64,000 nt of DNA from Paecilomyces variotii (Eukaryota), in assembly GCA_004022145.1 (NCBI GenBank), contig RCNU01000006.1; one strand, written 5' to 3'. The first letter of the stretch is position 1, and every line of letters begins with the position of its first letter. The notes beneath the pieces are model-generated. The model did no database searches and was not told where the DNA came from. It was given only the letters and a program-made list of their open reading frames with translations. Of the stretch, positions 53,698 to 64,000 are shown piece after piece. The translations under genes and the position numbers were made by a program.

Positions 53698-54079
53698 AGA
53701 GACATGCGAATGGGCGAGAAGGGTGGTTACCTGCACAGTAAATAGATATCTCGCTCAAGAAACCTCACTGTTCAGGCGTTTCTTTCTGTACCGCGACCCG
53801 ATATATCAAACGGCCATAAGCAAGAAAGCTCCGGTTCTTCTTCACAACTCATACTGGTATTGTCGATATTTGAGCATCTAAGTATTTTCAAGAATGCACT
53901 TTGTGATAATAAAGTTCTCGACCATTTATCAAGAGCGAGATTGACAATTTACCCTTCAGCCCTCGCCTCCTATGACTTTGCAAGGTACGTTCCATTCATT
54001 TAACGCGGCCTTTAGCCGAGTTCTACTCAACTTTTCGTTATCGACGCCCCCAGAAGAATTATTGGAGAAAAATCTCTAG

Positions 54080-54560
54080 CACGAAGCAATTTTTGATAAT
54101 TCTAAGCAGTGGATGGATTGCTAGCTACAAATATTGTTAGTGTCAGGCCAGTTAGAGAAAAAGACGAATATATAGACGCTTTCCGTCTGGTATAACATTG
54201 TAGTATTATAGTCGTAAGGTCGTTTATCTAACTAGCCAGGCAACTCCATAAGTATGATAAATCTTGAAGAGAAACAGGAAAAAAAGTAAGTAAGGGGAGG
54301 TCTAGTGATAGCTTAGGCCAGAATAAGAAGTCATCCACCCTCCGGTACCTATATCAAACTATAGCTTAGAGTAACTACCTAGTAGTTCGTTGTACAGAGA
54401 CGAGAAGTATCAGTAAGAATTAAACTCTATTGACAAAATTTACTTATAGATCAATCGCCAAGCTCATATGCAAGCCTTTAGTTCAGCTACTATTCAAAGC
54501 GGATTTAGAGCTACTAGTTTGAATCCTTTTAACCTAGAAGAAGTGCTCGGAGGTTCTATT
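54080..54560 (+). mobile_element. Degenerate Pogo/Fot1 (Tc1-mariner) DDE transposase relic
   Basis: 54471-54552 translates QAFSSATIQSGFRATSLNPFNLEEVL, matching the Fot1/pogo C-terminal AF..NI.SGFRATGL.PFNP..VL motif. Flanks are TA-rich and full of stops; boundaries approximate. Confidence 0.7.
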
Positions 54561-55382
54561 ATGCGATTGAATAATCCTACAGTACCAGGAAGCGATTGAC
54601 TGATTCCTCCCTTAAGATCTCATAAGACTTCAGTGTGCAGTGCTGATTAGGTCAGGTTTAGGGATGGCAAACTCAAACACGTGATAGGCAGCTACATCAT
54701 AATGCACTCTGGAACCAACGATCAACTCTTTATAACGACTAACCTAAGCTCTGCGGCTTACCACGGGGTCCCAGAATATTTAGGAAAGGTCACTCTGGAA
54801 AGTGCGAGTGTAGAATCGTCGTGCTGTGTCGGCAATGGTCTTATTGTTCATCTGCCGATAGTCTACCCTTTTCACCCGCAGATTCAAGAAAGCCCTTTGC
54901 AACTCCAGGGTCAGCTAACGGAGGCATTATGCACTGCATCACGATTCCCGGATTTCGACGGCAGACCCTTCACCTTTCTAAACGAATTAGCATACTGAAC
55001 AAATTCTCATACCCAATCAAAGCAGGAGTTGAGACCTATTAGAATACCCCCTGGACGTCAGACGTGACCTTCAACTTCGAGTGACTCTCCACACTGTTTG
55101 ACCAACATGATCCGGGAAAACCGGCATGTATGCACTCAGGAATTACGGAGATAAATTAGCTGATATTTGTATTAGATTGACGTCAAAATTCCACCGGGAA
55201 AAGCTTCGTTGGCGAAAATCATGACAGACCTCTCGAATAGTGTATGTATCTACGTCGCGAATGTCAGTGTATAAATTGGTTCCTGTCTCTCAGCTTTGTT
55301 CGAGATATCTCTAGATCCCACCGAGAATTGGCTTTATACATTGAGTCTACACCATTGCGTGCTGTTTCCCTTTACAGTCAAG

Positions 55383-56185
55383 ATGCCGGACCGCTATCCT
55401 ACGTCCCAGCCAGAGAAAGGGACTTACCCTGAGCATGCTTTGCGCAACAACTCAAAGGGTACCGATCTCGACAAGGAAGCCCTCGAACGCTTTAAAATAA
55501 GGGAAATCTGTGAGGGCTGGGGGAGTTATCGTGATGCTGCCGAGTGAGTCCCATTTCTTCTCTCTCCGGGGACTGGCGAGGAATTGAGACATCTTGTGCA
55601 ATATATAGATGGCAGAACTACCGCTCCATGTTCTTTGACGATGCCTATATTGCGACTTCTTGGAAGCAGGGCAATATTGATGAGTTCATTCAAGCCTCAA
55701 AAGATGGTTTCGCCAAAGGCTCTAGCTTTATGTACATTCTGCACCGCATCATCGGGTCCTCAGTCGAGACAAACCCAGAGCTCACGCGTGCTGTGTGCAA
55801 GCAAAAGATCACCATCACCTGCCGCTTTACCTTTGATGGGATCGAAATGGATAATGAAGCCGACTGCCGCTTCTTCTTCCTTCTCGAGAAGCGTCAAGGT
55901 CGTTGGGGCGTTTGTTTTTACACACTCCTTTTCGACAAGGATAAGTTTGTCCCTGTAAATCCTGAGAGGATCTTCCATATTCCCGAGGAAGAGGTTGAGA
56001 AGTACCCGTCTGGTTACCGCTATCTTGCGTGGGCAGAGGACAAGATTGGTACACCTCCCAAAATGAACATAAATAGCCACGGTCCCGAGAAGAACATTCT
56101 CTACAGCAAGTGCAAAGACTGGTTGGAGGGCAAAGCTGTCAAGCCAGATCTGACCGGTGCCGACATTCCGAACTGGAAGCCCTGA
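55383..56185 (+). CDS. SnoaL/NTF2-like protein, PEP2 (pea pathogenicity protein 2)-like
   Basis: ERFKIREICEGWGSYRDAAE|WQNYRSMF, ILHRI, KITITCRF, EADCRFFFLLEK, DKDKFVPV, KYPSGYRYLAW; intron 55544-55608. Confidence 0.82.
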
Positions 56186-57158
56186 TCAGTTATATGGATA
56201 TTATGATCGTCAGTATCTAGCCAATTTAATCAGTGGTATACCTTCGAAATACTTTTTACAGTAGTGGTGGCAGTAGCAGTAGTAGTATTAGTAGCGGCAG
56301 CAGTAGGCTCACCCCTCGCCTTGTGCGATTTCGCGATAACCCGATCGCTGCCTCTATAGATCTATTTACCATCAACCGTTATATCGCGCCGGATTTAGAG
56401 CCTCGCGAAGGCACATGGCAACCTAAGTACCTGGTGTTCTGTCCGGCAGCCCTCGTGGCACGCGGCTTCAAATCCTTTTGAAATGCCCCTAGAAAGTTCA
56501 GTACTACACCTAAAACACTTTTGTTTTGCAGGGCATCTTTCAAGTTGCCCTTCTTACCTCGAGGTTCACCTTCTCCCAGCCTCCAGGAGATTCTAAAGAG
56601 TCTCCCAATCTTCTCCCAGAGTTCATATCTAGGATCCTTCAACCTGAATGGCCCCAGGACACGAACCACGTCATTCGTCCCAAAAACAAACCGTCTTCTG
56701 TGGATACAATCTCACCAAAGCCTGGATTCACCCATTATACTTCCCCTTTGCCCTCCATCGCCTATGATTTGATGAGATGATATCCACGTTGAGCGCCGTC
56801 AAATCGAGCCTGTAGAACATGCATTCTGCTTCGGATCCCACAAGAAAATAATGCCCCCAGTGGAGCGGAGTGGGAGTTCACAACTGCACATAGTTTAGGT
56901 CCCGGCAGGACTGTGTGAGGATATTTTGCACCGCCACCAGCAAGTCAGATACATGAAAGTTACCCTGGCTGCGACGAGATCCAGCGACAACCGCGATGCA
57001 GCTGGTCATCGAATTAACTTATCCGCCGTGCAGATACAAACTTTTCACAGTCACAAAATGTTACTTCTGTAAAATGACGAAAAGTGGCCCTAACATCACT
57101 CTTGTCCCCTTTCCTTTCGTCGTCGACTTCACTTGACTTTGACTCTAGACACAGTTTA

Positions 57159-57776
57159 CTACTGGAGCCACCTATCTGTCAGATATCCTGTCGCAAAGGC
57201 ATAAACTGCCTTATTGAAAAGATCAATGATCTGCTCATTGACCGGCCAAGTCCTGTAAACACACATAAGCTTGTAAACAGTGATTGTAACGCGCTTTGGA
57301 AACATGCGAAACTTACCAAGGCGCTGCGCCCACCCCTGTCCAGTTCTCAAGCGTCTGGTCAATCAGGAGACGCACTGATATAAACATAAAATCCGAGAAT
57401 GGCCGGCGAAAGCCATTCACGCTCATGAAGGCTCTTATTATTCCAGCAGCTGCCCCTTGCCCGTAATGCATTGCCATGTTCAGTCCGAATCTCTCCTTAT
57501 CTGGTTTTTCGGGCAACGAAAGTAATCGCTCCAATGTATGGCCTGGCACGTAGGAGCTGGGTCTTCCGGTAAAGAATTGTTCAATTTTCTCAGCAACAGT
57601 CATGCTAACGATTATTCAGTTCATTTTTTTCCTACACAGGGAGAATGCACCGCCTGGTTTAGAGATCTAACTTACGTTGCGACCCCGAGCAGCCCTGCAC
57701 CGCAACCGTAGATAATACAGGTTCCTACAGAGATGGGCCGGCTCGGCTGTTCGGGAACAGTAGTGCGACGAGACAT
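57159..57776 (-). CDS. Small membrane protein of unknown function
   Basis: Three exons give MSRRTTVPEQ..GCGAGLLGVAT|MTVAEKIEQFFTGRPSSYVPGHTLERLL..MHYGQGAAAG..DQTLENWTGVGAAPW|TWPVNEQIIDL..LTDRWLQ*. Confidence 0.82.
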
Positions 57777-58555
57777 TGTCGAGAAGCCTGACACTGTACA
57801 ATATGGCTGAAGATGATTGCATATAATCATGTAGACTTATTGTCCGGTATGTGGACAGAGATAATGTTCTATCAAGAACGCTAGAGGAGAGCTTGGGCGA
57901 TGTCATACATATGACGACATCGGAAGTCGACTGATACACATATAGATCTTCCTTCTCTTCATATTACAGATCCCTTTTCCCGTTCCCATTGATATTAGCT
58001 GCTTCACAAGCCATCCTTAGGAGATACGCAACAGCGAGAACAACTTTGAAATATACCTAGTAAAGCATGCTTTTGATGGACAGAACCAAATTTGCATGCC
58101 ATCATGGGAAACAGCCAAGTCAAGTCATTGTCTTGCTGGAACAAAGACGCGAATAGTGCGATGGCAATCAATTAGGGATACAGCTACTCATGGCGTTGAG
58201 GGTTTTTCCAGTGCAATCTATTGGCCTAGACAATATTACCTTGACCTATCACCATTACATATGTAATGTGCCCTAGTACAGTTTACACCATCAATTACAC
58301 GTAGCTGAGGTCGATGGCTGGCGCTGATCTCCTTATCTGTGTTAAGGTGCAGAAGAAAAGTTATGCACAGAAATAAAATCAAGTAGAACCCCGAATCATA
58401 TAAACAGGAGGCGTACCACGAGAACCCGGTTTACTCGGATCTCGAACGAACGGAAATGCCCTGGTCAATTGTTTGCTCATTTAAAGAATACTGATTCAGC
58501 GCCGCTGATAGCGGGCTGGACTGGCATGGCAAACACAGGGAGCCAGGGAGACAAT

Positions 58556-59923
58556 TCAACCTTGCTCCCACCACCTATTTTCAGGTCAGTCAAAGAATTC
58601 CAACGTGACGCGGGGATCAGCAAGAAAACTCACCAGTTCTGCACGTGTTGCAGCTGCCTATAATCCGGGGCATTGAACAAGCCCAAAACATCCAGCCGGT
58701 CCTCATCCTCTTTACTCAACCGCCACCCCAACGCCTGCGCGCAATCGATGACCTGCTTCTCGTTCTTGACTCCTGGGATAGGCACAGCGCCCTTGCAGAT
58801 TACCCAATTTAACGCCACCGCTGCGGGTGACTTGCCAGTCTTTTCACCAATCCGTAGCAGTTCGTCGACAATTGGTTGCAGCTTGTCCCATTTGACATCT
58901 GCGAAGTTGCGGTTGCCACGAGGCTTGTTGTTGCCATTATACTTGCCGGTCAAGCGACCGACGCCGATAGGTGAGTAGGCTATTGTGGCGATCTATTGTT
59001 CTATCATTAGTGAGCTCTCCGCAGATTGTATAACAGGATCTTACTCCAAGTTTGCGACAGTTTTCAATCAATCCAGTCTTCCATGGATCCTGTCTAGCGA
59101 GGGAGAATTCGACCTGGTTCGATACATACGGCACACCGCGCTACAAATTCGAATTAGCCAGATGCTCTCTAGCAAAGAGCCAACAGAAAACGAGGAGACC
59201 AACCTTTTTCAGAATCGTATACACAGCCTTGACCTGCTCGATGTTCAAATTACACGTCCCCACCGCCTTAATCTTTCCCTGATCATAACAATCCGCCAAC
59301 GCATTCACAATGGTCTCCAACCGCGGCCAGAACCCCATGTACGACGGCCCATGCAGCTGATAGATATCAATCTTACCCAACCCGAGCCGATCCAATGAGC
59401 CCGCACACGCCCGATACACTATATCCGGATACATGAATGGATGCCTCCACGGCGTAGGCATGAACTTTGTCGCGACCTGAAGCCAGGGTCGATTTTTAGT
59501 CGTGTCTTCAGACCAGTTCCGCCCTATGCTCTTCTCGGAATATCCGTCCGTGTAGCCATAATGCTCCGCCGTGTCGAGAAGGACGGGGGATACGTTCCTG
59601 AATATTTCCTTCCATGCCCGAGTGACGCTCGCATCGTCGAGACGTTTATCGTAACCATTGCTGGGGCCCCAGCCGTACGAGAGGACATCGCCCCATGGCC
59701 AACAGCCGAAGCCCAGGGGGGCGAAGCTTACGATTGGATTGTCCGGGTCGCCGAGTGTGAGGAGTGTTTTTGTTGATGGGATAATGTTGGACGGGATTAT
59801 GGGCCAATGATGTGAGACATCTGTGTGGTTGTCCGTGGTATCGGCGCGTTGGAGTTGGTAGCTGGGTGTATAGATGTCGGAGTGTGGGCCGGTGGTTGTG
59901 CGTGGAGGAAGGTAGCCGGACAT
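58556..59923 (-). CDS. Aldo-keto reductase (pyridoxal-reductase-like group)
   Basis: LGFGCWPWG, LDTAEHYG, VATKF, GSLDRLGLGKIDIYQLH, KIKAVGTCN, SNQVEFSL, AYSPIGVGRLTGKY, VPIPGVK; multi-exon, ends WWWEQG*. Confidence 0.92.
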
Positions 59924-61391
59924 CGTGGCCGGCTGTTAGCAGTCTCCGGTTGTATACAGCCTGGATGAGTAGGCATTCAATTATTTATTGATTCTTTATT
60001 CCAAGTTCATGGTAGGAAGGAGATGAATAGATAGGCTGTATCGTTAATTCCTGCTGGATAAAAAGCAAGAATGAGTGTACATTACGAAGAGCGAGAAATC
60101 AACTATCTTCCCTCCTTTAGCATAGAATACTATATATCCACCACGTATAATGTAAATCAGGAAAAGGTGGATTAATCCGTCATGCTGACGAACATGCCGC
60201 ATGTATCGTATTGTTAACCTATATGATACAACTTATTCCTACATGTCATTGGTCCGGATACTCTTACCCTTGAAATAGAAACCGGGCAGGCGTGGTGGGG
60301 AACATAGTGTCAACAATAAGAGTGCGGATGCGTATTTCTATATACTGGATTTGAAGGTGAAATGCATATATATGATCTAACTTGTGAGGTCAGAGAGCAT
60401 GTTTATGATCGGAGGCTTCAGATAGCATGTGCGAGGGTGATCAGGTGTCTTTGTGCTTTGTACATACGTTTCTATAGTTTGTTTCATTAGTGATAGCCTC
60501 TGCTATCATATACAGAGTGCAGGATGTGGCTGTACAGGCCTCAGGGATAGACAAAAACCATGGATAACGCCAGGTATATAGTTGTAGTGAGATGTTATGG
60601 AAGTATTTGTGGGTTGGGCTTCAGCCATACTGTAGACTCTCTTACCCACAAATTCAGTATAGTAGCATCGGGGAGGAGGCACATATCCGAGCTGGATAGT
60701 CTATAGCCCTTCGATGACTGCTTACTTGACGTCGAGTAAGAATGATGCGATGCTGTCATCGCGCTTTTTAAGTGTAGGTACTAAGCTCAAGAACCATTTA
60801 GGACCTCGTACTTTCCTAGTAATTCTCCACCATGGGACCAAGAGCTAGTCTATTTAACCTCCTCGTTACTTCTTTCATACCATCATGTTCATTAAATATA
60901 CACGCCTATCCATTAGTTATCGTTAGTTATCTCCGCGAAGCAGATAGTTAGTCATCTCTCACTTTCTCACCAAGCCCGATTCTGGCACTGCCGCTACTTA
61001 GCTCCCGTCCTCTTTTCAGGTGAGATTCCATGTGAAGCAACTACTAATCCCCTCTTAAGCCCCTAGCGCGGTGGTTTTGCCATTTATGGAAGTTGCATCC
61101 TTCTTAGATGCAGCCAGCTTATCAATCGATTGTCTTCCTCCGTCAATCAAAGTGGAGTGATAGGAGATGTTGTACACGGGGAAGCTATGCCACTAGATGA
61201 GGTTGGGAGGGGCAAAGATATCAAGGCGGCCAAGTTATCGTAGATATAGCATGCCGTCTCTATTTCTTTACTCGGCAGGGGAAAATACCCGCTCTTGCGT
61301 ATAGAGAACTGTTTCTGCGCAGCCATTATTTCTCTGCTACACAGCAAACACTGCCCATCTCAACTCACTTGATTAATATTTGCTGGTAAAA

Positions 61392-63233
61392 ATGACTCGT
61401 CAACCCTGGCAAGAAGTCGCCAGAATCGCACAGGAGGCACGAGACAAGTCTATTGAACTCGTCCAGCCTCCTGTACCTGATATCCCCGCCGATTTGCCAT
61501 TGAACGTCTCTGGAATTCCCAAGCAGCTCCTCACCCCTGCTGAGGTGGAGATAACAGAGACTCCTCCGGAGGTACTTGTTGAATCGCTGGCTTCAGGGAA
61601 GCTCACAAGTGTGGAAGTTGTAAATGCATTTTTACGACGCGCAGGACTTGCTCAGAAGCTTGTAAGTGCTATCACTGACAAGAATAGACATACGTATTAA
61701 CGACTCTTCTCATGCGCTAGGTAAACTGCATAACAGAGCTTCTACCGAAAGAAGCCCTCGAGAGAGCAGAATACCTTGACAATTATTTGAAGGAACACAA
61801 GAAGCCTATCGGCCCCTTACATGGTATACCGATCAGTGTAAAGGAACATGTTGCTATGAAAGGCCGCGGCCTCAATGCGGGGTTTGTCGCCTGGTGGGAC
61901 CGAGTCGCATCCGAAGATGCGCATGCTCTCCAAATCCTCTGGAAAGCGGGATGTGTATTCTACGCACGCACAACTGAACCGCAGACTTTAATGCAATTGG
62001 CTTGTTCCAGCAATCTTTACGGAGAAACAGTGAATGGCTTTAACCGCCAGTTGACCTCTGGAGGCAGCTCGGGTGGAGAAGGAGCTTTGCTAGGTTTGAA
62101 CGGCAGCGTGCTTGGCCTTGGAACCGATATTGGAGGAAGTATTCGCAGTCCTGCGGCAAACAATGGCGTCTATGGTCTGCGCCCAACAGGTGGCCGGTTC
62201 CCTTTCGATGGCTTGGCAGCTGCAAGAGGTGCACAGGGAATTCCTGCTGTGATGGGCCCAATGAGTACGAGTAGAGCCGGGCTGAGGTTACTGATGAAGA
62301 CAGCGCTTGCTGCGAAGCCATGGCTGAAGGAAACTTCGCTCTTCCCATTTCCTTGGAGAGACCAAGAGAGTTATCTGCAAAGCGATTCAGGGAAAAAGCT
62401 CAAGGTAGCCGTTATATGGGATGATGGCGTGGTTAGACCACATCCCCCAGTCACGAGAGCTCTGAAGGAGCTTGCAGATAAACTCAAGAATGTGTCAGGT
62501 GTGGAAGTCGTGGATTGGAAACCATACAAGCATGACTACGGATGGGAGCGAATTGCGTCTCTGTACTACTGTGATGGAGCGCATGACGACTATGATATCC
62601 TTACTGACGGTGGTGAGCCTATGCTGCCGCTCTCGGAGTTCATAATCAAGAACAATCCCTACAGGAAACGCCTTCAAATGGAAGACTTATGGGATCTGCT
62701 CCAGAAGAACGAAGAATACAGAAGAGCCTATGCCAAGCAATGGAACGACACAGCTACCGGCCTCGATAGTGATGGAAATCCAGTCGGCATGGTGGATGTG
62801 CTCCTTTGTCCCGTGGGTCCGGGTGCTGCACCCCCTATAAACGAGGCCAAATACTGGGGATATACAGCCCAGTGGAACCTACTGGATTATCCAGCGGCAG
62901 TCTTCCCGGTTACTCGAGTCATTCCAGATGTTGATACAGTAGAATCCGATTACAAGCCAAGAAACGAGAAAGATGAACACAACTACAAACTATGTAAGGT
63001 GGCTTTCCACTGTATTGGGATAAGGCTAACTAGTTCTAGATGACCCAGAAGTATATCGTGATGCCCCTGTGTCACTGCAGCTTGTAGCCCGTCCTTTCGA
63101 CGACGAGAAGGTACGCTTTCCTGTATAAAAATTGGCACAGAATTTCTGCTTACAATGGGGTCTTTAGCTTCTCGAAGCTCTTGATTATATCCACGAACAA
63201 ACAGACTTGCCTTTCTTGTCGAGGTATACATAG
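61392..63233 (+). CDS. Amidase-signature family enzyme (acetamidase/general amidase-like)
   Basis: GPLHGIPISVKEH, TSGGSSGGEGALL, LGTDIGGSIRSPAANNG, YTAQWNLLDYPA, APVSLQLV; three introns. Confidence 0.93.
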
Positions 63234-63464
63234 GGCGAGGGAGAATAACACACATAAACAATTATCGATGTCGAGCATGGTATCCCGTGTCATTAATCTC
63301 GTCCCGTTGAAGGCATCTCAGTCATATGTACCGGACCGAGGAACTTCAGAAACCTTGGGAATGGTGTATGCATTTCCTTTTCGATTAACAATAATGACCT
63401 TTTTTTTTATCACCAGATAACCTATAACTTCCACATTTAGACTTCTGTTTCAAATGATTCGTGG

Positions 63465-64000
63465 TAGTCACGTGATCACAGTAGGATTGAATTCGCGGTC
63501 CGTTCAGTCAGCGCCGTCTCCACGCCTGATTATCAATGGACATACTTAGTCCGGTGGCGACAACAAAGCAGGACGGCGACTACCTTCTAGTTTTTCAACC
63601 GCACATCTGCAGGTCCAGGCTGCAGTCTCTCTTTTGTCAAGGATAGTTTGTTCTGTGTTTTTTTGTCTGTACTTCGATACCCTTCTCGCAATCGGCACCT
63701 ACCTTGCTGACGTGGACGCTGCCTGTCCGCTCCGATTCGCCCTGCAAGGCTGGCGGCGAATCATTTCTTATTGCTCGCATAAGCTACTGCATTTCAATAC
63801 CCCTAGAACAGCACTCTTTGTTCTCTGTTATTGTATATACCTACATCTATTCATTGAGTTTTTTGAGTGCAGGGTGACTTTTGAGGATGCGGGAGCTTGA
63901 TCCTTTGATTTCTGAATATCAACATGACAAAAGCAAGCCCCGAGAGTCCGAGGCACTCTTTACGCTCCGCAAGGTGGCTTCCCTGGTGAAGCCCATCATG
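63465..64000 (+). promoter_or_regulatory. Probable promoter and 5' leader of a gene starting at or beyond the window end
   Basis: GTCACGTGAT near 63467, GGTGGCGA (Rpn4/PACE-like) near 63553, a pyrimidine-rich intron-like stretch, and ccatcATG at 63998. Confidence 0.3.

Overview
This is fungal genomic DNA of the filamentous ascomycete (Eurotiales, Aspergillus/Paecilomyces-like) type, with short GT-AG introns and CTRAC branch points. It holds about 22 protein-coding loci. Conserved core genes include TAF5, PPE1, a YNL115C-like membrane hydrolase, NPL4, a PST2/WrbA flavodoxin, YTH1, a GH18 chitinase, thioredoxin, DRE2, DSF2/nif1 and a DUF1776-like gene. These are interrupted by accessory patches at about 24-28 kb, 33.5-37.3 kb and 51.5-63.3 kb that carry pseudogenes, a mutated Pogo/Fot1 transposase relic and bacterial-looking genes. 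The most striking feature is in TAF5. Its 1.8-kb first intron contains a 345-codon ORF ending at a phase-0 GTGTGT donor. Splicing this donor onto TAF5 exon 2 rebuilds a complete LisH motif (TVEDLNER|VIDYLAKKGY, versus SQQNLNQI|VIDYLAKKGY for the canonical form), suggesting a hidden alternative first exon and a long TAF5 isoform. Other notable items are an Sfh5-like CRAL-TRIO::aminoglycoside-phosphotransferase fusion (currently disabled), a thioredoxin with two in-frame starts and a membrane anchor, and a disrupted intronless alpha/beta hydrolase. All family calls come from motif recognition by eye; no searches were run.
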